Positions 1 to 12,065 of a stretch of 64,000 bases of DNA are shown in pieces. Numbering within the stretch: position 1 is the first letter of the stretch; each line of letters starts with the position of its first letter. The position numbers and the translations under genes were made by a program. Under the pieces are notes generated by a model, which was given only the letters and a program-made list of their open reading frames with translations, ran no database searches and had not been told where the DNA came from. The DNA lies in contig NC_045698.1 in the NCBI RefSeq assembly GCF_009834535.1, positions 7,690,001 through 7,754,000 on the forward strand, in the 5' to 3' direction. The stretch is from Camelus ferus. Taxonomy: Eukaryota.

Positions 1-1649
1 TGTAGAATGGGGGTCAGGTAGAATCCACCGTATGCATTCATTGGGAGGCTTAAGGGAGTTAATGCACAGAAAGTCTGAGATGAGACTCTGAGCTGAGCAC
101 AGAGATGTCATAACGATCAGTTGCTAATGTTATATTGACCATTTTAGAGACCCTGCACCCCATTTTATTGAGAAGCGACATGATTCAGTGGGGCAAGACC
201 CTGGGGATCTGCAGCCCAGCATCCACTCCACCCAGATATTCTGTTATATTCTGTTAAAGTGGAGGCACGTCCCCCAGCCTTCTGGGTCCCATGTTGATCC
301 GTAAGCTGGGGGTGATGATGCCTGGCTTATGTGTGGATTTCTGTGAAGATAACATTAGATGCAAAATGTCCGTGGTTCTTAGCAGCTCCAACGTGTTATA
401 ATTTTTCTACTCTCAGTCTCTGAGTCATCTTTCTTTTCTTCCTGCCAAGTGGATCAAATCCAATTCCAGCATCAAGCTGGACTGCAGAAGGTCGAACCCT
501 GAGATGTTTACTCATTGAACTGCACTTCCATCCAGCTCACTGGGCCTAGCATCTTCTGGGTTATTAGAAATCTCGCGAGTTTATTACAGAATCTCATTCT
601 AAGCTGACGTGGTTCCACGTGGTGTCTCTGATGTGACATATTATCAAACATCAAATACGTTACTTGTCATCCTCTGACACAATGTGCGGTTACTTGCTAT
701 TTATTGGTGGGTGGTAATACACCTCTCCTCCCTGCTCTGGAGTGGAAACTATTTATTTTAGGGATTTGAGGGGCTGAGGTGGAGAATGGAGTCAGAGCTG
801 GAGATCAGAGCTGTCTTTTTCTGGAGACGGTGGTGGATATCCATGTTTGCAGCACGACCATTGGCTGAGCCGAGCAAAATGAAGAAAGAGGAAAAAGTGG
901 CATGCTATGCAGACCCCAGCTTACATTATGCCCACACAGGGGAAGGGAAGCATCCAAAACTGCTGATACAGCCCAGAGTGCACTGCGCCAACCGTGGGGA
1001 GCCGTATTTGCTCAGAGTCAGGTTGGTTTGAGCTCATCTGGTGAGGATTACGTCCCCCACTAGGGCCAGCATAGTGCCTTCTCTCTCTCCTGCATCAGCT
1101 AATTCCCTCAGGTGCTCTGTCCCTGTCTTGTTTTGTTCAAAATACATCTTTTTCCCTCCTCAGCAAACTAGAGTGGAGTTGACAAGAAGTTCTGATAATT
1201 ACTCCCTGAACAATAAATTACTCTGCGGCTGAACTGTGTTAAGTCCACGTGGGGCGTGAGTGCGTTTCAGGGGAAACCCTCTCAAGACAAATGGCAGCAG
1301 GGCTGTGATTACAGCTGAAACGGACAGGCCAGCGGGGCTGTTTCCAGCCTGGTGCTGACTGCCGGGCTGGCGGGAGCTTTCCAGGACAGCCACTGTGAGG
1401 TTGCTGGGCAGAGGGGGGTGTTTGTCCCTTGCTCCGCTCTGTTTGTCCATGGGAGATATAAAGGGAATAAGCCCAGGAAGGAGGGTTTCCAGTTTTCACT
1501 CCTTCCTTCACTCACTGATCTGTCAGACCCACGCTGACACTCGGACAGCCCAGCTGCTGTGGGTGACCAGTGTTCATCGCCGGCCTCCGTCTGATGGGTC
1601 TGTGCCCACTGCCTGGGCTGAACCAGATGTTCACTACTGTGAACATCGC

Positions 1650-2800
1650 CCCATTAATCCAATTTGTCTGAGCACCTGCTATTCTCTGAGCACGATGGAA
1701 AGCCCTGGAAATATAAAAATGAATGTCCTGGTGCTTGTCCTCAAGGAATATATACAAATGAGTGGGGGAACATAGCTGCTTAAAGGCAAAAAAGACCCCT
1801 AAATTTGATGTAAGTAGAAGAAGCACCAGGATGCAGTGTTTGAAGAACTGAGGGAGGCTTTCTAGAGCAGGACAGGGTGAGTGGGAATTTGAGGGTAAGA
1901 GGAGACCCCGAATTACCAGAAAGTGTAGTCCATTTGGGACACGGCAGCATCTGGTGTGGGTACGTGGGGGAGGAGCGGAGCCCCTTGAGAAGTGCCTGGA
2001 GACATGGCGTGTAGCCTGAGAGTTGGAACTGATTCTCACAATTCCTTTGCTAACATTTTTAAGCAGCAGTGTGACAAGATCATATTCTTAACTCAGAAAG
2101 CCCTCAGTAGCTTGAGAATAAAGTACCAGAAGGGCCAAGAGAGGGAGACCAGTTAGAACACACCACTCACTCATGCATTCATTCGACAAATAGTTTTGAA
2201 TGCCTACTATGTGGCGAGGGGACAAGCCAGAAGCTGGGGAGAGAGTAGTGACCCAAACAGGTCACTATTGAATAGGAGAAGTGGGTTTAAATAAACAGAC
2301 ACCAGAACGGGCATGTATTTACAAACCGCAGTAAGCGCTGTGAATGGAATGTCACGATGCCATGTACAAACTTGGGGGAGGGGCTTGGTTTCAATGGGTA
2401 ATCAAGGGAAGTCCTTCTTCAAGAAGAGGCATTTGTTCTGAGGCCAAGTAGATGAATAGGATTCATCTGGCTACTCTGCAAAGCAAGACTGGGAGCAGGA
2501 AAACCTGTTGGAAAGCCAAGTCAGTCGTCCCTGGCAGGGAAGAGCTGGTGGCACGGGAAATGTGGGGAAGAGAGCTGATTTGAGATGTGTTTTGGAGGTA
2601 AAGCCGGCAGGACTGCTGCAGCCTGGGTGAGAAGAGAAAAGACTGTGGATCAGTTCAGCGGGAGGTGGCGCGGGTTTGAAGGAGAAAGGCATCCACAGGG
2701 CTTCATGATGGATGGTGTGGAGGGGGGTCAGGAAGAGTAGCACCTGGGCTGATTTCTGGTTTCTGGCTCAGTAACTTGGATGGACAGAAGCACGAGGAAG
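1650..2800 (-). mobile_element. L2 fragments
   Basis: cattcattcgacaaatagttttgaatgcctactatgtg; gctgatttgagatgtgttttggaggtaaa. Confidence 0.55.
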
Positions 2801-2839
2801 CGTAAATGGGAGTGGGGCTGACGATTGCTTCAGCCCTAA

Positions 2840-3270
2840 TGTGAATGAAAAATACTGCTGCCATATCAGTAAACAAAGGATATTGCAGCCTTCAAGCCAT
2901 CACATTGCAGCCGCCCAAGGGTACAACCTGAAGGGACTCAGAACAGAGGCTACTGGCCCTCGACAGCTAAGGTGCACAGCAACGGAATGGTGTCAAGGAG
3001 ACCAGACTCCTGCATCCCCTTATATAGAGGAAAGCGCTACATTCCTTAACTTGAGACGTCTGGTTTTCTTTAATTAACAGTAATCTTTTGATGTTCCGAC
3101 TACCTGATCTTTGTTGCAAAACCTCCTATTTATCTTGGCTCCTCCCCTCCCTCTTCAAAGCAGTCCCTTAGAGCGATCTGAGAGGCCTTCTCCTGGGCTA
3201 AGTCCTCAGAAAGTCCACAGAATAAAACATAATTCTCAACTTTTCGGTGGAGTATTTTTTCCAGTTGATG
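2840..3270 (+). mobile_element. ERV solo LTR (artiodactyl ERV1-type), 4-bp TSD CTAA
   Basis: Starts TGTGAATG; AATAAA near 3221; CTAA at 2836-2839 and 3271-3274; homologous to 4114-4484 and, in its 3' part, to 19740-20238. Confidence 0.85.
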
Positions 3271-4113
3271 CTAAGATGTGTCTGAAATGCCCATGGCACA
3301 TGCAGAGAGGTATGTTTGCATATAAGGCTTGGGCTCGGAATTGTAGCGCATATAAAAACGAAAGTAGGAGTGTCGATGAGTTCAGCCAGAATGTGTGCAG
3401 GGTTTGGGCAAAACCACTGCGGACCCAGGCAATTGAAATAGGAACCAGTCCTGTGGTGCTGAGTGCCACCCTCTCATCAAACATGAAGACAAGAGCAAGG
3501 CAAGAATGGTGACAAATTAAAAACTGCATCTTGTTTTCTTTCTTTACTCCCCAAGTGACTCAGGTTTAGGGGACAGTCTCAATTTAGCACAATTTATTTT
3601 TTTCGTTGAAGACCCGTTACCCAGTCAGCCATGGTTATCTCTGGGGAATGAGACTGGGGAGGGATGGTTGAGGGGAAATTTTTTCCTTCTAATGCTATAA
3701 AATTCTTTGTTTTTAAAAAATGTTGTTTTGCAGGGACCAAATATTGTTTATTTCTTATATAAACAAGGGGTAATTAGAGGACTTAAAAATACTTGATTAC
3801 AGTAAGACTGGGCTTCCCCTCATATGTTAAACAAAACGTATGTGCCACAAAACTTAAAAGTGTGTGCTGCTATTAGAATTTTCATATGAATAAATTCATA
3901 CAGAAGAAAAGAAATTGCTTCCCCCCCCACATGGGAGGTTCAGTTCCTGGATCGGCCACTACAGGTACATTGGAGGTGACAGACAGGTGGAGACCAGGAC
4001 ACTCAGACATTGAATAGCAGCCCTCCAGGGTCCCTGCCCACAGCCCAGGGCTTGTTTGGGGTCATCCCAGAAATGCACTGGAACATCTTCTTAATATGCA
4101 GAGGGGTTTCTCT

Positions 4114-4484
4114 TGTTGACAAATGCACAGCCGAGAAGTTGCGAATCATGTTTTATTTGGCAGACTTGCTGAGGACTTAAGCCCAGAAGACAGCCTCTGA
4201 GAGCACTCTGAGGGACTGCTCTGAACTGGTAAGGGAGGAGCCAGGAGAGATGGGAGATTTTGCAACAAAAGCTTTTCTATGCGCAGGAAGATGCGAGAGT
4301 CGGGGCTCCTTGAATTTTTCCCTTCCATATGCACCTCGCCATCCAGGGCCAGTGTCCTGTTCTTTCCCCCCCTGAATGCCCTCCGGGTGCAGGGGGGGCT
4401 TGGAGTGTGACTGCAGTGGCTGAGGGCTTGATGGCAGCAGCATTCTTTGTTTACTGATAAAGCGGGAGACATCTTTCATCCATA
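4114..4484 (-). mobile_element. ERV solo LTR, same family as 2840-3270, inverted, 4-bp TSD CTCT
   Basis: Reverse complement aligns with 2840-3270 (ttgttgcaaaa..ggctcctccc..gcagtccct..aagtcctcag..aataaaacat); CTCT at 4110-4113 and 4485-4488. Confidence 0.85.
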
Positions 4485-7400
4485 CTCTGAAGCCACAGAT
4501 TACGGAATTCTTTGGGCGACAGTGGGTTGAGTGGAAGTAGAGGGGACCAGTGGGAAGTCTTGCAGACAGCTACCACTGCTGGGATGCCGGCTCGTCTTGG
4601 ACCTGTGCATGTCTGCTGCACACTGATGGTGCATTTGCCAATAACATTTCCCTGCTGTGTCTCTGTGTGTAAGTGGCCCACTGAGAAACAAGAAAAGGGC
4701 CCATGCCTGTGTATGTCATGGTTTTTTCCCTAATGAAATCTGGGGAACAGCTAGGTCTCTTCTTTAACGCAGGATGATGTTTACGACTCAAGGAAACTTA
4801 CCTGCCAGACTCATCTCTCTGGCTCTGCTTAGGTTGGTGATTGTTTTCTGCCTGGGGTCAAGGATTGTTTTGATTCTTTCATTCCTTCTACAAATTAAGG
4901 GAGAATATGACGAGATTGTGGCTGATTACAGAGTCCTTCTGCTATGGTTAACACTCAGTAACATTCTTAGAGAAAGACAAGATGTGCTAACGAGATTCTT
5001 TCAAAAAGCGAGATAAAAGGCGTTTTTGCAGAAAGGAACTCAAGAGTTGGGTTCACCATTGAATAAAAGAGGTGAGAGCAGCAGGTGGCGGTCAGCCTGC
5101 ATTCAGCTGGAATCCAGAGTTCTCAGATGTGACTGGTGATGATCCTCTGTTTTAGTTCAATTGTGCGTTTTGTTCTTAAAAAAAAAAAAAGGAAAAACCA
5201 AAGAAGGCACTTTAAAAGAAGATCAGGGTAAGAGAAAGGAATTGGATCCAATGAGAGCTGGCTTGTCTCTTTGAGACATCTGTTTGTTCTATCATCCTGC
5301 GGTATCCGGCACAACCACCGGACTTGTGGGGTAGTAGTTGGGGGAGCACTGATGAAGCAAGTGAGGCAGGAGAAATCCAGGCAGTTGGTTGACCGATTTT
5401 TTTGTGCATCTGTGCCTTACCCATTCGATTTGTCATCCTTGATGTGCATGAATAAGTTACAAACGTCTCTACCGTCTGTGTGGCACCGCACTGGAAAACT
5501 GAGGGAGAAAAGGAAAATAAATCAAAGGAAATGTTCTTTCCTTCATCTAATAAAGAGATGCATTCACCCAAAATAACTTTCAGACACTTCTGAAGCTATT
5601 TCAAATGAAGTGAGCTGCTTAGAAATTGAAGGAGGTAAATTTAGAAGATCAGACAGGGAGAAAACTTAGATTTTCTTTATTTTATGATTGCACACAAGAG
5701 TCAAGCGTTGTGCCCTCACTCCTAAGAGGCGAGTAGGTTGCATTGGGTAAGGTCAATTGAATGTGTAAAGCATTAATTCCCCATTTCTTATGATCCCATA
5801 TTAGTGCCACCTTGTGTGATCCTGAATCCACAAAATCTTGCTCAGGGTATTGCCAGCTCTGGAAGCCTCAAGGTCCAGGTCTTCTGCGATGACCGATTCC
5901 TGGGGCACCAGCCTGGGCAAGCGCAGGTCCATTCATTGCTGCAGACACTTCCTGGGTGTCTTCTGTCTGGCAAGCAATCTGTTGGATGCTGCAGGTTCAG
6001 ATTTTCCTCCATGTACCCGTTTCACTAGACCACGCGAATTTTCTAAATTATACTCATTTGAACTGCTTCTGATTCTGCTCAGTTACAGGAAAGTCCATTC
6101 TTCTCCCCAGGAACATCTGGGAAGCCCAGGAATTTCTTAGCTTTCCCCCAGTCTCTCTTGACTAGCCACCAGGCTAGCCATCATGTATCTCATGCCCATC
6201 GTGCAATCTGCCCCGTCCACGGTCTACACTGGTTCTTCCGCAAGTTACCTCCACATGTCCCGAGAGCTTCTCTCTGGCTGCCGCCGCCTTTCCCTCTTCC
6301 TCAGTCTCCCACACATTGTGACTTTCAATCAGCCTTTTCTGAAGCTGCAGGTGCCAGGCCACCACCCACACATATCCTCTTTTGAGGCCACCACTCAAGT
6401 TTCCTTCCATGCCCCCAGGATCTCTGTCATCCCAGCTTGGTTGACAATGGCTACTTCTACTCCCTTCAAAGGAAATCCTCAACCCCAGCCCTTCTTTGAG
6501 TGATTTTACCTGATCGTCCCCTAAAAGAAATTTCACTGAAACTTTATAATCATTATGAACATTTCCCCAAGCCTGAGTTATTTAACCTAAAATGACACCA
6601 CGAGTAGGACGTCAGCCTGGATGGTTCTCAGCCAAGTCCAGCGTGGCTCCTTTTTATAGCCTTTCTTTTAGCTTCAGGTGAGGCCTGATCCTGTTCATCC
6701 ATTCAGGTATCCTCAGGCTTGTAGCTCCCGATGGCCAGGAACAGCATACTTGAGCTGGAACACCAGCACATACTCATATGAGCCCCTCTGCAGGACCACT
6801 GAGGGTCAGCTCAAGGAAGTCTGAATCCATGCAGAAGAAGGAACTCTTCCAAAGGAGCAGTAACATCTGCTGAGATTGAGTTCAACTAAAATCACCAACA
6901 AACTCATCTCCAAAGAGAGCGGTTGGACATCTCCTTATAAAGCAGTTGTCATCCAGGACTTCACAGTGATAGGGGACAAGCTTTGTGTTTGTATAACCAG
7001 GAGATGCTTTGGGAAGGTTGCCCTGGGACAAAGGACTGCAATGTCTCAAAAGTAGATTCATGTTGGGATCTCTTTCAAAACAGAGAATTTCTTAGTCTTC
7101 TCATGTCAGCCTCTGAGACCAGCCCAGGCAGGGGATCCAGTGGGTTCGTGTTTGACCACTCCCAGCCTGCTTCGCCTACCCACATATCTGGTGTGAACCC
7201 CGATCTGGGTGACTAAGTCATAGGTGCTGCCCTCAGGGGTTCTGGGTCAAGGGGGTGGAGTCGCAGGGAGTGGGCCATCCAGTGATGCCCACTAGAGCAT
7301 TAGCCTCCCATCCTCCAGCAAATGTTGCCAAATCCTCCTCCTTGACTCTCTTTCTGTTCTGCTTTGGGAGCCATCAAAATAATAGCCCTTATGGTCATGG

Positions 7401-9534
7401 CCAAGCCTTGGTTGCTTACCCATTGCCATCACCCTTGGCCAAGCGCTGACCTTGCCTGGGCAATTGACCTTTGCTGTTGTTGGCATCAGCCCCTCTTTCC
7501 CTCTTGCCACTGTGCCACTGTATCCACCTGTGTTGGAGTAGGCAGGGCTGCCCCCTTGGCCAAGACGTCCCCGCTCTTCTGAGCGCTCCCTTCCCTCCAC
7601 CAGAGCAAGTTACAGAAAGTTGCCCTCCCCACAGTTTTAGTGTTTGCCCACTTGACCCCCGAGGACCTGGGGCTGGGGAGAGTGGTGGGGTCTGCTCTGA
7701 GCCCGGATGAGACAGATCTCAGCCCTGTCCCTTTGGAATTCTTGATACATTTATTTAGAGAATAAGGGAAAACGCCAGCACAGAGCCACACAGTGGTTCA
7801 AGTTATTCCCATGTTGTATCCTCATCAGCCAACATATCAATTGCTCCCTCTTTCAAAGCACATGGTCATGTTCTGTTTTTGGCAAGATTCTTGCCCGAGT
7901 CTTGTGTCATCTCCAAACAGCCTCATGAATCACCTTGTGGCTTTGGTCCACAGAGCAGTACAAGCTAACTGCTGCATTCTGCGAGAAGCGTGGGGTACGG
8001 TATCGGTATCTGGCCTGCCCTTACAGTCCTGGAGTCACTTATGTACTTTCCCCTGAAGGAGCCCTTATCGTAAATCTGTGCACTAGGTCAAGAGGTAAAG
8101 TGGGTGCAAGTAAGTTTGAGACATGGTTTCTGTCTTCTAGTAGTTTGTGACCCAGATGGCCAAGTTCACAATGGATGTGCCTCCACCCTCACTAGCTGTG
8201 TGACCTTGGGCAAATCTTTGAAAGCCTCTGGGCCTCAGCTTCCTCAGTAAATGGAGATTGAAAACACCTGTGATGTGTGTGTCTGTGAATTACTGGGCTG
8301 AGCAGGTTCAGATCAGTCAATATCAAGAGCAGAATTGGACAAAAGAGGGCAACATGGTAGGTTCTCCAGGGCGGTCTCAGGACGGACTTCTTAACCACCC
8401 GAGGTGGCCATCACAAGCGTGCTGTCTTGACCTCCAGGGAGCCCACGGCCCTGCAGTCATGGGAGCTCAGTCCAGTGGGTCTTGGTGGAGCTGCTTCAGT
8501 GACATCATGGAAGTCACCCTCATCCCCCCAAATGCTATTAAAAAAAAAAAACCCAACAGACAAAATAACAATGCAGAGGGGTCCTGGGTTTGGGTTGGGC
8601 ACCTGCTACCTGCAGAGCCCCGTGTGTTCTTCTCAGAAGGGTGGACAGGTGAGGAGGGCACCGTCCCTGTCCTCACTGAGGTGGACTCTTTGTTGAGGAC
8701 GCATCCCTCATGCGAGGCAGTGAATCAAAAGAGAAAGAAAAGTAGTGAGGGGATGAGTGGGGGCACCTGGAATCCTAAACTCTGGGCTTCCATCCTGGAG
8801 CCTGGCTGCTGTGTTCTCCCACATTATTTTAGGGTTTGTGAGAAGAAAAATAATTCTCCTGAGCCTTGGGACAGGGGGGACGTGGCAAGTGCTCAAGTGA
8901 GGGCACTAGACAGGAAGTGCTATCACACTGTGTCCTCAAATTCAAGATATATGGGCCCTAGAAAAAATTTTGACCCTCCTTAGACTTAAACTATTTTTAT
9001 TATAAAGCTATTTAAATATAAACATGAAACACAGTATACATTTTTTAGGCTTATAACAGCATATTTATAAATTATATATGAACTAAACTATGAAACCAAT
9101 AACACTCACATCTAATTTAATTTTCTTTGATGGGTGAAGTTTTCCTGAAATGAAATTACTTACAATGGATTTAAGAATAGATGTTTGGTTCCTCCTTGTC
9201 AATTTGTCTTAGGACTTTCTCCAGGATAGGCCTGCATTTGAGTGACTGTCATTGTGAACGGTCTGCTGCATGGTCGTTAAAATCAGGGATGTTAAAGCCT
9301 GAGTAGTGGCCCTTGTCCTCATCTGTAAAAATAAGGATGAAATGATACTGCTTACCTATTAGACTTTTAAGAATGAAAGGATGTGATGTATGTAACATAT
9401 CAATAAACGATGTACATAAAGCACTTAGAATAGTGTCTGGTACAGAGTATTAAGTAAGTGTACTGTTAATGCCAATTATGATTTCTAAATATTCCTTTTT
9501 AATTATGATCTCATTTTATTTATTTTAATTTTTA

Positions 9535-9795
9535 AAAATCAAATTTTTAATTTGGAATGATTTTAGAAAAGTTGGAAAGACAAGACAGACTTTCCCATGT
9601 ACCCATTACCTAGTTTCTCTTAGCGTCAACTTCTTACACTGCCATGTGTTGGAACTAAGAAACCAACATTGGTACTCTACTAATAACTGAACTCCAGGCT
9701 TTGTCTGTATGGCACCAGTTTTTACATTAATGTCCTTTTTGTTTCCAAGATTCCACATTCCATTCAGACTCCTCTTGTCTATGGCAATTTCTCAG
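9535..9795 (-). mobile_element. Ancient L1MC-like 3' UTR fragment
   Basis: aactaagaaaccaacattggtac..actaataactgaactccaggcttt..aatgtccttttt. Confidence 0.6.
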
Positions 9796-9844
9796 TAGGC
9801 ATTGAGTATTTTAAAAAAAAACATGATTATATGAGCTCACTTTA

Positions 9845-10610
9845 TTTTTAAATTTTTTTCAATTTTTTAATTGAAGTATAGTCAGTTTACAATGTTTTGT
9901 CAATTTCTGGTGTACAGCATAGTGTTTCAGTCATACATGTACATACATATATTCCTTCTCATATTCTTTTTCACCATAAGTTACTACAAGATACTGAATA
10001 TTGTTCCCTGTTCTATACAGAAGAAACTTGTTGTTTATCTCTTTTATATACAGTAGTCAGTATCTGCAAATCTCAAACTTCCAATTTGTACCTTCCCATC
10101 CCCTTTCCCCCTTGGTAACCATAAGTTTATTCTCTATGTCTGTGAGTCTGTTTCTGTTTTGTAAATTAAGTTCATTTGTGTCTCTTTTTAGATGTCATAT
10201 GGTGTTTTTCTTTCTCTTTCTGGCTTACTTCACTTAGAATGACAATCTCCAGGTCCATCCATGTTACTGCAAATGTGGTTATTTTATTCTTTTTTGTGGC
10301 TGAGTAGTATTCCATTGCATAAATATACCACAACTTCTTTATCCAGTCATCTGTTGATGGACATTTAGGTTGCTTCCATGTCTTGGCTATTGTAAATAGT
10401 GCTGCTATGAACACTGGGGTGCATGTATCTTTTCAAATTTGAGTTCCTTCCGGATATATGTCCAGGAGTGGGATTGCTGGATCATAGGGTAAGTTTATTT
10501 TTAGTTTTTTGAGGAATCTCCATACTGTTTCCATAAATGGCTGCACCAAACTACATTCTTACCAACAGAGTAGGAGGGTTCCCTTTTCTCCAGACCCTCT
10601 CCAGCATTTA
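9845..10610 (-). mobile_element. 5'-truncated young L1 (ORF2 C-terminus + 3' UTR)
   Basis: ORF 10172-10414(-) [32 protein letters not shown] is the L1 ORF2p C-terminal motif; 3' UTR and T-rich tail present. Confidence 0.95.
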
Positions 10611-11384
10611 TATGATCTCATTTTAAATCAATGATGCATTATGTTGATAAACCAGTGAACAAAAACAGCCCCCCTAAACATAATGATGAAAATTAAACAT
10701 ATCATTGAGTAATAAAAGTCTTCATTACACTTTTGCCTCTGTGCTCATTGCCCTGAATTGTCCCAGACGGTGAACCTGACTCACTTCTCTCCCCATGTGT
10801 CTCTGTTTAAACTCCTGTAAAATCTACACACAGTCTGCTGCTGGGGCCTTTGACCTTCACCTTGCACAGACGTAAACACAAAAACAGCTGCATGGCCTGG
10901 TAGCATGTGGTCCTATGTCGTCATCATCCAGATAGTGATAACAGTGCTTTTTAAAAGATGATACATATCTTAAGAACATAAAATTCTATAGAACTTAGAC
11001 CCTGTTTGCAATGCATTGTCTTAAGAATTCAGGAAAAGAACAGACAATGTTGTTTGGAGAAAATAGTCAAGGCCGTTGAATTAGCTTCCAAGAGCCATCC
11101 CAGTGCCTGGGAGCAAGCTGAGCCCTTGATGAATGGTATTTTTTAATCCTCATAATGTGCCTACTGTGGGGATATCTTTACGGTGGGAAATTGAGGTTTA
11201 GAGATTAATTTGCCAAGTGCCACTGAAGGAAATGAAAGAACCATATTCTCCAGGTCGTAGCCTGCAGTGTCCCTACTCTCACCCATCATGTCTTCCCTGG
11301 GAAGGATGTGGAAGAAGGAACACTTGGTTGGGAACAGAGATGATCTTGGGTTTTTATTTAAAAATAATTTACCTTTTAAGCTTT

Positions 11385-11503
11385 TTTGGGGGAGTGGTAA
11401 TCAGGTTTATTTGTTTATTTATTTTTTAACTGAGGTACTAGGGATTGAACCCAGGACCTTATGCCTGCTAAACACGTGCTTTAACACTGAGCATACCCTC
11501 CCC
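11385..11503 (-). mobile_element. vic-1-type tRNA-Ala-derived SINE
   Basis: gaggtactagggattgaacccaggacct..actgagcataccctccc is the reverse complement of the SINE at 36848. Confidence 0.85.
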
Positions 11504-11629
11504 CCAATCTTAGTTTTAAAGAACAAAGCAAACCTGTTGCCTCTGCTGTTCTTGGCCTTGGCCTGCCGGCAGGTGAGGCACCATGTTACCCCACAGCACT
11601 GGGCAGAAGAAAGCAAACTCTCCAATTTT

Positions 11630-11850
11630 TTAAAAACACCTTTCATCCAATCCTTCCTCCTTCCTCCCCCCTCAATCCCCTCCTCTGGTAATCCCAAATC
11701 AGACCTCTTTTTCTATGAGTTTGTCTGTTTTTTGAAGTATAATTGACCTACAGCATTATGTCAGTCCCTGTTATACAACGTGGTGATTTGATATTTCTGT
11801 ATATTACAAAATGATCACCACCGTCAGTTGAGTTACCATCTGTCTTCACC
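11630..11850 (-). mobile_element. L1 3' UTR fragment (older laurasiatherian type)
   Basis: cctctggtaa..ttctatgagtttg..ttgaagtataattgac..aaaatgatcacca. Confidence 0.7.
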
Positions 11851-11859
11851 AAACTGATA

Positions 11860-12065
11860 ATCACTATGCATAAAAATAGATAAAAAACAAATTTCATCCA
11901 TACAGCAAAGGGAACTATATTCAATGTCTTGTAATAATCTTTAGTAAAAAAGAATATGAAAATGAATATATGTATGTATGTGCATGCCTGGGATATTTTG
12001 CTGTACACCAGAAACTGACACATTGTAACTGATGATACTTAATAAAAAAACTTTTTAAAAAAAAG
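11860..12065 (+). mobile_element. Young L1 3' end with A-tail
   Basis: acagcaaagggaactatattcaa..gctgtacaccagaaactgacacattgtaactga + A-rich tail. Confidence 0.85.

Noticed and set aside
2840..4484. Proviral ERV bounded by two LTRs
   Set aside because: The LTRs are in opposite orientation with different TSDs and no gag/pol-like sequence between them.
6174..6536. TLR12/TIR-like resemblance (GLGLRI..W.EEE)
   Set aside because: Motif spacing is inconsistent with a TIR domain; likely chance.
8258..8983. Longest ORF (241 aa, +)
   Set aside because: It has a non-ATG (TTG) start at a MIR edge, includes a poly-A-derived KKKK, and shows no recognisable domain or splice context.
10172..10414. ORF with L1 ORF2p C-terminal motif
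   Set aside because: It is part of a truncated L1, not a host gene.
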